Origin: Pristiophorus japonicus
Taxonomy: Eukaryota
DNA length: 64,000 bases
Direction of reading: 5' to 3'
Assembly: GCF_044704955.1 (NCBI RefSeq)
Contig: NC_091982.1
Span: 81,406,001-81,470,000 of the forward strand
In this document: one piece after another, positions 38,535 to 50,766 of the stretch
How positions within the stretch are numbered: position 1 is the first letter of the stretch
Layout of the letters: the number at the start of each line of letters is the position of its first letter
Translations under genes and position numbers: made by a program
The notes under the pieces: generated by a model
The model's input: the letters and a program-made list of their open reading frames with translations, nothing else
What the model was told of the DNA's origin: nothing
Database searches by the model: none

Positions 38535-38868
38535 ATGTTTCCACTTGTGGGGAAGAGCATAACTAGAGACCATCAATATAAGAGAGTCACCAGGAAATCC
38601 AGTAGGGAATTCAGAAGAAGCTTTTTTACCCAAAAAGTGGTGAGAATGTAGAACTCGCTACCACAGGGAGTGGTTGAAACGAATAGTAAAAATGTATTTA
38701 ATGGGAGGATAGACAAGCATATGAGGGAGAAGGGAATAGAGGGTTATGCTGATAGATTTAGATGAGGAAAGATGGGAGGGGCTTGAGTGGAGCATAAATG
38801 CCTGCATGGTCTGGTTGGGCCAAATGTCCTGTTACTGTGCAGTATTTCCTATGTAATCCGATGTAAAA
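38535..38868 (+). mobile_element. Old CR1 3' fragment
   Basis: GTGGTGAGAATGTAGAACTCGCTACCAC...GGGCCAAATG; ends about 50 nt before TRMT12 coding exon 5. Confidence 0.75.
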
Positions 38869-38918
38869 ATAGTGTAGCTGAACCCTAATACTGTAGCATA
38901 CCTCATGTTCTTTCACAG

Positions 38919-39028
38919 GTACACATTTGATGTCACCAAATGCATGTTCTCCTCAGGAAATATAACAGAGAAGCTTCGGGTCAGCTCTTTTGACTGCACG
39001 GGGGAGGTGGTTGTGGACCTGTATGCAG
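38919..39028 (+). CDS. TRMT12: TRMT12 coding exon 5 (YTFDVTKCMFSSGNITEKLRVSSFDCTGEVVVDLYA)
   Basis: tcacag acceptor, G|gtaaca donor; start of SAM-binding motif I (DLYAG). Confidence 0.95.
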
Positions 39029-40099
39029 GTAACACTGAGAGTTAACAGGCACAATGGGCCGAATGGCTTCCTTCTGTGCTGCATGGTTCTATAATGTCTT
39101 ACTGTTTGTAAAGGTATAAGGGACCTTCCATTTCTGCAACATTACAGGGACTGGTAATTTGAAGGAAAACTATTTATCAATTCATTTATTCAGTTGACAT
39201 TCACTTGGCAAAATTCCAGTTTGCTCTGCAGTGCGAGTGGCCTTAATTAACATCAATAATATAGGTACAGTTTAATTTAGAGATCTGCCCTTTTTTGCAC
39301 ATTATGTTAATTGAGCTCTCACACCATCAATGAATCTTCTCAGACAATGTCCCTGATGACACATGGCATTGTTGAAACAAAAGCGCTAAGTCTGAACCCC
39401 AGGAGATGATGGGCTTGATCACACAAAACGTTTTCATTCATATGTGTCTATTTTATATAATGTATTTCTGACTTTGTTATGTTTATTGTGGACTTCCTGC
39501 CCTCCCCAGTTTGCCCTTACTGCCATTAGATGAGAAATTCATGCAGCTTCACGTAATGTGCAGACCATTAGAATAATGAAGATGAGGAAGGTCATTACTG
39601 GTGAATGGAACATTTTATGCCTTTCTGTACCCAGTGTCACTAACACACACACACTCCGAAGTCAAATGCTGCACCAAGTAATGTAAGGTAAAGCTCCCTG
39701 TGCACAGCCACTTTGAATCCCAGGTCAGGTATAGCACTGGATAAAGTGCAGTTATATTGCAGAGCTCCTTCAGGAAGTTGTCCTGCAATGCTGGTTACTG
39801 CCCTGTGGGTACTGTTAAAATCACCCTGTTTATATTGCAGGGCAGTTTCTATAGTAGTCTGTTCAACTTTAAAAATGCATGTGTGGTTGTTTAAAATCTC
39901 TGTTTATGGCTCCTTAGCAGGGCATTCAATGGCTGGGTCAATACAAATCAGCAATCAAAGCAAATCTTTGTTGGCCTACATGGAGCATATGCCATCACCA
40001 ATGGCAAGTTCACTTGTGTTTGTATTGCCATCTGAGGTCACACTGCTGGCAGAAGTGCCTGTGCAAACCAGCTCTTTTGATGATGCAACTTCAGAAGAG

Positions 40100-40190
40100 A
40101 AAAAGAGTTGCATTTATCTAGCGCCTTTCATAACCTCAGGACATCCCAGAGCACTTTGCAGCCATCAAAGTACTTTTGAAGTATAGTCTT
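40100..40190 (-). mobile_element. Deu-type SINE 3' tail
   Basis: TTGCATTTATCTAGCGCCTTTCA...CAGGACATCCCAGAGCACTTTGCAGCC. Confidence 0.65.
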
Positions 40191-40425
40191 AGTGTTTGTT
40201 GTATGTAGGACTCTGGATATAAGAGGGTTAGTGAGGAATTCAATTGAAAACTAACACTGTGTTATGATACTCAGAAAGGGAATATCATACATGGTATGCA
40301 TTGGTATCACAAATACCAGTTACATTAAAATAGCTTCATATAATCCGGTGATACTGATAATTCGGTCTCATTGATTTATTACCAATGTGGCTGACAATGT
40401 TCCTCGGTTAATTCTGCCTCTGCAG

Positions 40426-40583
40426 GAATTGGTTATTTTACGTTACCATTTCTGATGCATGCGGGTGCAGCATTTGTCCATGCCTGCGAGTGGAATCCAC
40501 ATGCAATTGCTGCACTATTGAAGAATCTGGAATTAAACAAAGTATCGGACCGCTGTAAGATCCACAAAGGTGATAACCGACAG
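40426..40583 (+). CDS. TRMT12: TRMT12 coding exon 6 (GIGYFTLPFLMHAGAAFVHACEWNPHA...GDNRQ)
   Basis: ctgcag acceptor, CAG|gtactg donor. Confidence 0.95.
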
Positions 40584-43500
40584 GTACTGTCTGATGTGCC
40601 CACTGTTCATCGATGGCCTTCTGTTCGAATCTTACACCGTTATCTGTATTTGGTCGGCTAAAGGAGGAGAAATCTTGAGGAATTACTTATCCCTAGGATA
40701 TAGCTGATGGATATCTATACTGAACATTCAGTTTAAACATAGTACACTGTTTTCAGGTGCCTTATTCTGAGGCATATGTGATGATGTTTACAGGCTATTT
40801 GACTTAAGACTGTAAGCACAGAACTGAACAATGTGCATTTAAAATTAAGAAGTGAGACGAGGTCAGAAGGAACTCTTTGACACCCATCCCCAACAAGAAT
40901 AGATCATGTGCCCAAGAAAAGAAGTTGAGGCTAAGGCAATAGTTCAGTTGGATAAATAACTGGTTGGGAATAGGGATTAGAAGATACTAGGCTAATCAAA
41001 TACTCCATGGGACAGGAGTGGGGATGGGGGTGGGGGGGAGAGCGGGGTGGTAGGCAGAGGGACAAAATATTGTCTGGCCACGGGGATGAGATGGTAATAA
41101 AATATTCAGAAGTTTTGCCTTTTGGGGCTCCGGGAGTTTTTATGTAGATTTTCTCTCAGGGATTTAATGGGATGGGATGGAGGGTAGTTTATACACGGTC
41201 GAAAGACTGAGTGGGCTTGATAGGCTCAATGTTCTTTTCTTGCTTCATGTTTTCTTAAGTTCCTGTCTACACCTTGAAGTCAAGCTCAGTTGCAGGGATC
41301 CCCAAGTGCACCCATTCCCAGCTTTGGTGTTGGTGTTGGTGTATTTGACCAAATTTTAGACCAATTGTGAACTGTCACTTTGAGTTTTGAAAACCCAGGA
41401 GGAATTGTTACAAATCTGATTGTAGGGGATGGGGAGTGGGAATTGGGGAGGGGAAAAGATCAAAATTGAAGGGATGTATGCAAGGATTGTCCTTAACTGT
41501 CCCGATTAGAGTTAATACCTCCTTTAACAGTAATTTCACTGACCCTTGCAGTGACATTCTCCATTAACAGTCACTGCCCCAGCCCTGACAGCTACATTCT
41601 CCTTTAATGGCCACTGCACCAACCCCAAGAATAATTCTCTCATTTAATTCTGATTATCCTGTTGAATGCCTAATGTCCCAACATACAGTTTCTGTAAAAG
41701 TGTATTTTTTTGTAAATGTCTTATGCAGAATCTAAAAAGTACAATTACAGGACGCTAAATATCTTTACACTATTTCATAGACAAAAACGTAACTTTTACT
41801 GTGGCAATTTAATCTCGCTACAGTGCACAAAGGACATTGTGTTTTCTGTAAAATTCCTACATTCAGTTCCAAAGTTGCCAATAATTTGGTACAAATTGTT
41901 CGTAAGTCTCAAAGGCCACAGGATTGGTGGTGTGAGAAATGGAATTGTCATAGAATAGTGTCGGTACTGTTGTGAAGCTGGAGTTGAAACAGAATTTTGA
42001 GTTAGAGAAAGCTTTACTCTGCATCTGGCCTGTGCTGTGCCTCAACTGGGAGTTATTGATGGGCAAGTGTTGTGGAAGTCTTCAATTGAAAGTAGCTCAT
42101 GAACGTCTTCAAAGGACGTTAATTCCACCAATAACTATCTGCCCATGAGGGATAAAATGAGGGATTTTAACCCCCAAGTACGGGTGGGTTGGGGGCAGGT
42201 GGGGACCAAAGTTCTCTCTTGTTTGGCGCCCACTTTAAGGGGCTGCACAGGCCATTCAAAATATTGGCATACCCAGTTTTTACATCGAAAAGCCAGCTGC
42301 GCACGGGATCCCTGGAGTGCTGGCTGAAAGGGAACATTCGTGGGTGTATAAAATTAATAATTTTTCGATTGCAGCCACAATAGGGCTCCAACACGCACCC
42401 ACTTTCGGGTTTAATGGACATGCGTTTAGATGCCTGCGAGTAATCTACTCTCCGCAGTTGAGGCTTTAATTATTACAGATGGGCCAGTAGTTATTGGTGG
42501 AATTAACATCACTTGAAGACGTTCATGAGCTCTTTTTACATAGAATTTGACTTGCCTTTAAATTTAACATGGGTTTCCCGATGCTTGGGAAACTGATCAG
42601 TGAAATGCAGGTGAGATTGAGCCGCAGTTCAGGTGGGTATTTAAACTTGAGTGCCCCATCGAATCAAACCTTACTGATTACAGCTGGTGTCTCAGTTCCC
42701 TCTGACAAACGTTTGCAGAGAGTTCTTGTGCGATACAGCTTTTTCTCAACTTTTGGAGACTTTCAAATTGACAGGATCAGGATGAGAGACTCGTTGGATC
42801 CATTGCACATCCGCCGAGTGGGTCCCGTCATGTTTTGACATTCATCATGAAACAAGTGAAAGGGCGAGTTGGCACTCCTAATGCAATAATGGGAAACACA
42901 TGGAAGTGGTGCTCAACAATTTTATGTGGCATTATAAAGAAGGAAACTTAACAACATAACATGTTGTCAGACACCCATGTGCATATCCTTGGTCAATTAC
43001 AATTTCTTGAACTTGCGCTTCCTACCGCTTCTACGTGGTGCATCCATTGTGGCTTCAGCAGTGGCAGAGGCAGGCTGCTCAGATCCTTGCCCTGACTGCT
43101 GAGATGATTTTGGCCCATGACCTCTGGCTTTAGGAGCCCCCGAGGGTCCCACCAAAGACTGTTCCACCTGCACCTGTGCATGGGCAGGCTCAGCCATCAG
43201 AAGACGAGGCAGCATGTTAGGTACTGGCTGAGGGTGGTGCACGGGTGAGATGTGGGAGCACTTTGAGTGGAGTTCCCAATTGTATGTCCACATTTGCCAT
43301 CAACCCTCTCCTGAGCCAGCACCATGTCACTTCTACCACTATGCTGCAGACCAGCTTGGTGGAGACCAGTGATGTATTGTAAGGTCACTGATACGGTATC
43401 TGTCATCCTGTTTAAGGTGGCAGACATGTTGGCATCCACTATCTGCATGGCCATGGTTATGGCCTGCATATACTCATTTGAGAACCATGCTTGAAGCTCC

Positions 43501-43934
43501 ATGGAGGCAGTCATTTTCTCATGCCAGACTTTCTCGTAATTTCCCAGCGCCACCAATCCACGAGCGATCAAGTTGGACCCCTCCATCCTCTCCACTACTG
43601 TGGAGAGTGTATGTGGCAAGTCTGTCAGTACCTGGCTAAGTTGCAGTTGCATCTCTAGCATTCTCCTTCTCAATGAACACCTCGGGGTTTAGCATCTGTG
43701 TGCAGCTGAGCAGAGCTTGGAGACAGACTCTACACACCTGTCCCTGCCACCAGTGTCTGCTCATGCTCAGTTGTGAGGTGTGAATCACCAAATGAAAACC
43801 CAACTGTCTAAGTGGACCTACCAAAGTGTAAGTATTTACGCAGGTGCATGCGTGTCCTGTGACGATGCATCCTCATGAGAATGAAGTCCTCTGAGGAATT
43901 GTCCTCACTGGCATGTCCTGCGACATTTGCTGTA

Positions 43935-45603
43935 CAGGTACAGTGTTGAGAATCCGGAGTTTCGGAATCCATACTGTTGCGGAATCCGGACACCGGGACA
44001 ATTCGTGGCGGGGTCACCGGAATCCAGAAAATGTTCTGGAATCCGGACCCCCGCCTTGCCCCCCGCCGACCTCTCCCCCGCCTCGGGCCACCGCCGACCT
44101 CGCCACCGCCTCGGGCCACCGCCGACCTCTCCCCCGCCTCGGGCCACCGCCGACCTCTCCCCCGCCTCGGGCCACCGCCGACCTCTCCCCCGCCTTGCCC
44201 CCCGCCGACCTCTCCCCCGCCTCGGGCCACCGCCGACCTCTCCCCCGCCTTGCCCCCCGCCGACCTCTCCCCCGCCTCGGGCCACCGCCGACCTCGCCAC
44301 CGCCTCGGGCCACCGCCGACCTCTCCCCCGCCTTGCCCCCCGCCGACCTCTCCCCCGCCTTGCCCCCCGCCGACCTCGCCACCGCCTCGGGCCACCGCCG
44401 ACCTCGCCCCCGCCTCGGGCCACCGCCGACCTCTCCCCCGCCTCGGGCCACCGCCGACCTCTCCCCCGCCTCGGGCCACCGCCGACCTCTCCCCCGCCTC
44501 GGGCCACCGCCGACCTCTCCCCCGCCTCGGGCCACCGCCGACCTCTCCCCCGCCTCGGGCCACCGCCGACCTCGCCCCCGCCTCGGGCCACCGCCGACCT
44601 CGCTACCGCCGACCTCGCCCCCGCCTCGGGCCACCGCCGACCTCGCCCCCGACTCGGGCCACCACCGACCTCGCCCCCGCCTCGGGCCACCGCCGACCTC
44701 GCCCCCGCCTCGGGCCACCGCCGACCTCGCCCCCGCCTCGGGCCACCGCCGACCTCGCCCCCGCCTCGGGCCACCGCCGACCTCGGGCCACCGCCGACCT
44801 CGCCCCCGCCTCGGGCCACCGCCGACCTCGCCCCCGCCTCGGGCCCCCGCCTCAGGCCACCGCCGACCTCGGGCCACCGCCGACCTCGCCCCCGCCTCGG
44901 GCCACCGCCTCGGGCCACCGCCGACCTCGCCCCCGCCTCGGGCCACCGCCGACCTCGCCACCGCCTCGGGCCACCGCCTCGGGCCACCGCCGACCTCGCC
45001 ACCGCCTCGGGCCACCGCCGACCTCGCCCCCCCCCCCCCCGACCTCTCCCCCATCTCGGGCCACCGCCGACCTCGCCCCCCCGCCTCGGGCCATCGTCAA
45101 CCTCTCCCCCCGCCGACCTCGCCCCCCGCCGACCTCTCCCCCGTCTCGGGCCACCGCCGACCTCGCCCCCGCCTCGGGCCACCGCCGACCTCGCCCCCCC
45201 CGCCTCGGGCCATCGTCAACCTCTCCCCCCGCCGACCTCGCCCCCCGCCGACCTCGCCCCCGCCTCGGGCCCCCGCCGACCTCGCCCCCCGCCGACCTCT
45301 CCCCCTCCGCGGGCCACCGCCGACCTCGCCCCCGCCTCGGGGCATCGTCAACCTCTCCCCCCGCTGACCTCTCCCCCGCCTCGGGCCGATCCACCACCCA
45401 CCCCCCCCTGCCACCACCTACCTTGGCCCAGTTGTTTCTGGACTCGGGACGTCATAAAGACGTTCCGAAGTCCAGAAATACACGAACCTGGGCTTGGACA
45501 TTTCTGGATTCGGGACGTCATGAAGACGTTCTGAAGTCCGGAAATACACAGAATCCGGAGCGGCCTTGGTCCCAAGGCTTCCGGATTCTCGACACTGTAC
45601 CTG
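43935..45603. mobile_element. Tc1/mariner (pogo/Tigger-like) MITE with TA target duplication
   Basis: TIRs CAGGTACAGTGT(T/C)GAGAATCCGGA at both ends (one mismatch in 24 bp), flanked by TA. Confidence 0.85.
44050..45390. repeat. GC-rich minisatellite, 28-bp unit CCGCCGACCTC(T/G)CC(C/A)CCGCCTCGGGCCA with variants
   Basis: About 1.3 kb tandem array seen directly; regular on the left and more degenerate on the right. Confidence 0.95.
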
Positions 45604-46974
45604 TACATAAGAACATAAGAAATAGGAGCAGAAGTAGGCCATACAGCCCCTCAAGCCTGCTCCGCCATTCAATAAGATTATGGCTGAATTTCCACATCAA
45701 CTCCACTTTCCTGCCTGATTCCCATATCCCGTTATTCCCATAGAGCCCAAAAATCTAGCAATCTCATTCTTGAATATACTCAATGACTGAGCATCTACAG
45801 CCCTCTGGGTAGAGAAGTCCAAAGATTCACAACCCTCTGAATGAAGAAATTTCTCCTAACCTAAATGGTCGACCCCTTATCCTGAAATTATGACCCTGGT
45901 TCTGGACTCACCAGCAGGGGGAAAGAGCCACTCAGCATCTACTCTGTAAAGCCTTTAAGAATTTTATACATTTCAATGAGACCACCTTTCATTCTTCTAA
46001 ACTTCAGAGAATATAGGCCCATTCTACTTAATCTGAGAGAGACAGCCCTCTCATCCCGGGAATCTGTCCAGTGAACCTTTGTTGCACTCCCTCTAAGCCA
46101 AGTATATGCTTCCTTGGGTAAAGAGCCCAAAACTGTACACAGTACTCCAGGTGTCGACACGGCAAGCGAGTCCCAGATGGGCAGAGGAAACGCTTCAAGG
46201 ACACCCTCAAAGCCTCCTTGATAAAGTGCAACATCCCCACCGATTCCTGGGAATCCCTGGCCCACGACCACCCAAAGTGGAGGAAGAGCATCCGGAAGGG
46301 CACTGAGCACCTTGGAACCATCGCCGAGAACAAGCACAATCCAAGTATAGACAGCAAAAGGAGCATACGTCAACCCAGGCTCCCCGACCATCCTTTCCAT
46401 CAATCACTGTCTGCCCCACCTGTGACAGAGACTGTTGCTCCCGCATTGGACTCCTCAGTCACCGGAGAACTCACGTTTAGATTGGAAGCAAGTCATCCTC
46501 GACTCCGAGGGACTGCCTATGATGATGATGATATAATTACAGCAAGACTTCCTTATTTTTATACTCCAACACCCTTGCAATAAACACCAACATATCATTT
46601 GCCTTCCTAATTACTTGATGTGCCTGCATATTAACTTTCTGTGATTTGTGTACAAGGACTCCCAATTCCCTCTGAATACCAACATTTACTAATCTCTCAC
46701 CTTTTAAAAAGATATTCTGCTTGTCTATTCTTCCGACCAAAGTGGATAATTTCACGCTTCCCCACATTATACTCCATCTTGCACAATCACTTAACCGGTC
46801 TACATCCCTTTGCAGCTTACTCACAGCTTACTTTCCCACTTAGCTTTGTATCATCAGCAAACTTGGAAATATTACAATTGGTCCCGTCATCTAAGTCATT
46901 GATAAAGACTGTAAATAGTTGAGGCCCAATACGGATTCTTGCTGCACTCCACTAGATACACCCTGCCATCCTGA
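45604..46974 (-). mobile_element. CR1 3' fragment (continues at 48876-48970), carrying a nested RTE
   Basis: (ACATAAGA)n tail at 45605, RT fragments on the minus strand; resumes after the plus-strand CR1. Confidence 0.85.
46157..46532 (+). mobile_element. RTE LINE 3' fragment nested in CR1
   Basis: GQRKRFKDTLKASLIKCNIPTDSWE; (GAT)n tail. Confidence 0.87.
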
Positions 46975-48875
46975 ATAGAGTATGAGAGAAAGCTTGCTGG
47001 GAATATAAAAACTGACTGCAAAAGCTTCTATAAATATGTGAAGAGAAAAAGATTAGTGAAGACAAACGTAGGTCCCTTGCTGTCAGATTCAAGTGAATTT
47101 ATAACTGGGAACAAAGAAATGGCGGACCAGTTAAACAAATACTTTGGTTCTGTCTTCACGAAGGAAGACACAAATAACCTTTCGGAAATACTAGGGGACC
47201 GAGGGCCTAGTGAGAAGGAGGAACTGAAGGAAATCCTTATTAGGCGGGAAATTGTGTTAGGGAAATTGATGGGATTGAAGGCCGATAAATCCCCAGGGCC
47301 TGATAGTCTGCATCGCAGAGTACTTAAGGAAGTAGACGTAGAACTAGTGGATGCATTGGTGATCATTTTCCAACAGTCTTATCGACTCTGGATCGGTTCC
47401 TATGGACTGGAGGGTAGCTAATGTAACACCACTTTTTAAGAAAGGAGGTAGAGAGAAAACGGCTAATTATAGACCGGTTAGCCTGACATCAGTAGTGGGG
47501 AAAATGTTGGAATTAATTATTAAAGATGAAATAGCAGCACATTTGGAAAGCAGTGACAGGATCGGTCCAAGTCAGCATGGATTTATGAAAGGGAAATCCT
47601 GCTTGACAAATCTTCTAGAATTTTTTGAGGATGTAACTAGCAGAGTGGACAAGGGAGAACCAGTGGATATGGTGTATTTGGACTTTCAAAAGGCTTTTGA
47701 CAAGGTCCCACACAAGAGACTGGTGTGCAAAATTAAAGCACATGGTATTGGGGGGTAATGTACTGACGTGGATAGAGAATTGGATGGCAGACAGGAAGCA
47801 GAGAGTCGGGATAAACGGGTCCTTTTCAGAATGGCAGGCAGTGACGAGTGGGGTGTCGCAGGGCTCAGTGCTGGAACCCCAGCTCTTTACAATATACATT
47901 AATGATTTGGATGAGGGAATTGAGTGTAATATCTCCGTTTGCAGATGACACTAAGCTGGGTGGCGGTGTGAGCTGTGGGGAGGACGCTAAAAGACTGCAG
48001 GGTGACTTAGACAGGTTAGGTGAGTGGGCAAACGCGTGGCAGATATAGTATAATGTGGATAAATGTGAGGTTATCCACTTTGGGGGCAAAAACACAAAGG
48101 CAGAATATTATCTGAATGGCGGCAGATTAGGAAAAGGGGAGGTGCAACGAGACCTGGGTGTCATTGTACATCAGTCCTTGAAAGTTGGCATGCAGGTACA
48201 GCAGGCGGTGAAGAAGGCAAATGGTATGTTGGCCTTCATGGCTAGGGGATTTGAGTATAGGAGCAGGGAGGTCTTACTGCAGTTATACAGGGCCTTAGTG
48301 AGGCCTCACCTGGAATATTGTGTTTAGTTTTGGTCACCTAATCTGAGGAAGGATGTTCTTGCTATTGAGGGAGTGCAGCGAAGGTTCACCAGACTGATTC
48401 CCGGGATGGCAGGACTGACATATGAGGAGAGACTGGATCGACTGAGCCTGTATTCACTGGAGTTTAGAAGGATGAGAGGGTATCGCCCAGAAACATATAA
48501 AATTCTGACGGGACTGGACAGGTTAGATGCAGGAAGAATGTTCCCGATGTTGGGGAAGTCCAGAACCAGGGAACATAGTCTAAGGATAAGGGGTAAGCCA
48601 TTTAGGACTGAGATGAAGAGAAACTTCTTCACTCAGAGAATTGTTAACCTGTGGAATTCCCTACCGCAGAGAGTTGTTGATGCCAGTTCATTGGATATAT
48701 TCAAGAGGGAGTTAGATATGGCCCTTACGGCTAAAGGGATCAAAGGGTATGGAGAGAAAGCAGGAAAGGGGTACTGAGGTGAATGATCAGCCATGATCAT
48801 ATTGAATGGTGGTGCAGGCTCGAAGGGCCGAATGGCCTACTCCCGCATCTATTTTCTAAGTTTCGATATTTCTAA
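46975..48875 (+). mobile_element. CR1 LINE, 5'-truncated (RT region and 3' end)
   Basis: [38 protein letters not shown]; 3' tail. Confidence 0.92.
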
Positions 48876-49289
48876 ATGATCCGTTTATTCCTACTCTCTG
48901 TTTCGGTCCATTTACCGATCCTCAATGCATGCCACTGTATTACCCCCAATCCCATGAACCCTAATATTGTGGAAATAAGTATGCATGAAAGCTCTGGAAG
49001 ACAAAAGAAAGGGATATGACTTAGTTATGGCAAAGTCACAATCTTGACAATCATCATACTCAGTCTTCTCATAGTTCAGTCATTGATGAAATGAAGTCAA
49101 CATATGTGTCAGGCATATTTGTAATTCTGTCATCAGCTAATTATCTGTGAGGTCCTTCTCTGTCCATCACTGACTGAAAGGGATGCAGGGCCGCCTCCTT
49201 TGCAGCTGGACTATTTGTGGCAGCCCACCTCCAGTCCTCTTCCTTGCATTTTGCTCTCTCCTCCTACAAGGGGTGAAAAAACAGACCTA

Positions 49290-49690
49290 ACATAGAAAAT
49301 AGGTGCAGGAGTAGGCCATTCGGCCCTTCTAGCCTGCACCGCCATTCAATGAGTTCATGGCTGAACATGCAACTTCAGTACCCCATTCCTGCTTTCTCGC
49401 CATACCCCTTGATCCCCCTAGTAGTAAGGACTTCATCTAACTCCTTTTTGAATATATTTAGTGAATTGGCCTCAACAACTTTCTGTGATAGAGAATTCTA
49501 CAGGTTCACCACTCTCTGGGTGAAGAAGTTCCTCCTCATCTCGGTCCTAAATGGCTTACCCCTTATCCTTAGATTGTGTCCCCTGGTTCTGGACTTCCCC
49601 AACATTGGGAACATTCTTCCTGCATCTAACCTGTCTAACCCCGTCAGAATTTTAAACGTTTCTATGAGGTCCCCTTTCATTCTTCTGAAC
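49290..49690 (-). mobile_element. CR1 3' fragment, nearly identical to 245-610
   Basis: Direct sequence similarity, including GCTGAACATGCAACTTCAGTAC and GTAGTAAGGAC. Confidence 0.9.
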
Positions 49691-50766
49691 CTGTGAGTGA
49701 AGGTCAGGTATTCACTTGAATGCAGTGTATTCGGTATGGGTGACTATGAGACAGATGCATCATATTGCATAAGGATTGGGATGAGTGGCAGTGATGGATG
49801 GATAAATGGGGAGGTGATGAAGTGCACAGAAAGTAAATGCTGGATGCTGCTGAAGGTTGAGGAGTGATGTGATGGAGAACATATAGCAAGACAGAGTGAA
49901 AAGGGGCAGGGACTTAAACCATAGGATGTAGTTGAATCAGCAAATGTACTTACTTTTCCTGATCTGGTTAGGCCATTAAACCGCTTCCTACATGGCGTCT
50001 AAGACCGGGGCACAACGCTCCTGCTGCTCACCACCTCCGTTACCTCCAATCACTCCTCCTTAGTGAAAGCTGCTGGGTAAAGTATGTCCCTCCTACTCCT
50101 GACTGCATCCCAGGAGTAATTCTAGTAATGCATCGTTGAATCTGGATGCTGCTCTTGCTCTATGTGCACCACCCTTCATGAACACCTCCAATTTCGATTT
50201 GTGCGTTATCACTTTAAATACAGCTGAGATTGCATCACACGAGTGCGCATGACGTCTGTTGCGCAGCTTGGGGGCGTGAAACCCGGAAGTCAAAATGAAT
50301 TGCTTCAATTGAGTTGCGATCACAGATTCCGACTCGCTGAGTTGGCTTCCGGATTACACACAAGCAATTGCAGTCCCTGCTCAGAAGCCACCTTCAGATT
50401 AATATTGGAGCCATAGTTTAAGCAGGAATACAGTACTACATCAGTGTAATGTTCGGCAGTCATATCTAAGAGTTAGTTTTATTTTTATGGTCCCAAAATT
50501 GATCCCAGCCATTTAACCAGAGGTTGCACATATGCCTCTTATTTTTTCCAGCATGGTTTTCCCTCCCCACTTTGTGGTCTTTTGGAGCCATAAAAATAGA
50601 TAAGCAACCTGTTCTCAGATCTCTACCTTTGGCTCCCAAACCTGTTGCTATCAGGCAGCTAAAAGCACCTAGATGATGATCTTTTTGATTCTAATTTGCA
50701 TATAATGAGGTGTTTGAAATATCCTGTAATTATCAATCTATAATCGAACCCTTTTGTGTTTTGCAG

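Larger units (their letters stand above)
42997..50180 (-). pseudogene. Harbinger Myb/SANT-like DNA-binding protein pseudogene (exon remnants at about 49950-50180, 49150-49263 and 42997-43918)
   Basis: RARAASRFNDALLELLL/(D)AVRSRRDILYP...EVVSSRSVVPRS*TPCRKRFNGLTRSGK|gtaagt; then ttgtag|EERA...RTGGGLPQIVQL; then a coiled-coil-like segment and basic end RRSGRKRKFKKL*. Frameshifts and stops are present. Confidence 0.72.
42160..50412 (-). mobile_element. Decayed PIF/Harbinger-type DNA transposon (transposase apparently deleted) with several nested insertions; ends approximate
   Basis: Remnants of a spliced Myb/SANT-like gene on the minus strand and degenerate TIR-like ends (GGGATTTTAACC at about 42160; GATTAATATTGGAGCC at about 50400). 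Confidence 0.65.

Noticed and set aside
39045-39095. Conserved regulatory element next to the TRMT12 coding exon 5 donor
   Set aside because: It is a roughly 50-nt CR1 3' tail (GGGCCGAATGGC.TCCTTCTGTGCTG).
44050-45390. CRISPR-like array
   Set aside because: Units are directly adjacent with no unique spacers, there are no cas genes, and the context is eukaryotic.
43808-45743. Overlapping 250-590 aa Pro/Arg/Gly-rich ORFs on both strands
   Set aside because: Artefact of a stop-free 28-bp GC minisatellite inside a MITE; open in nearly all frames, with no domain content.
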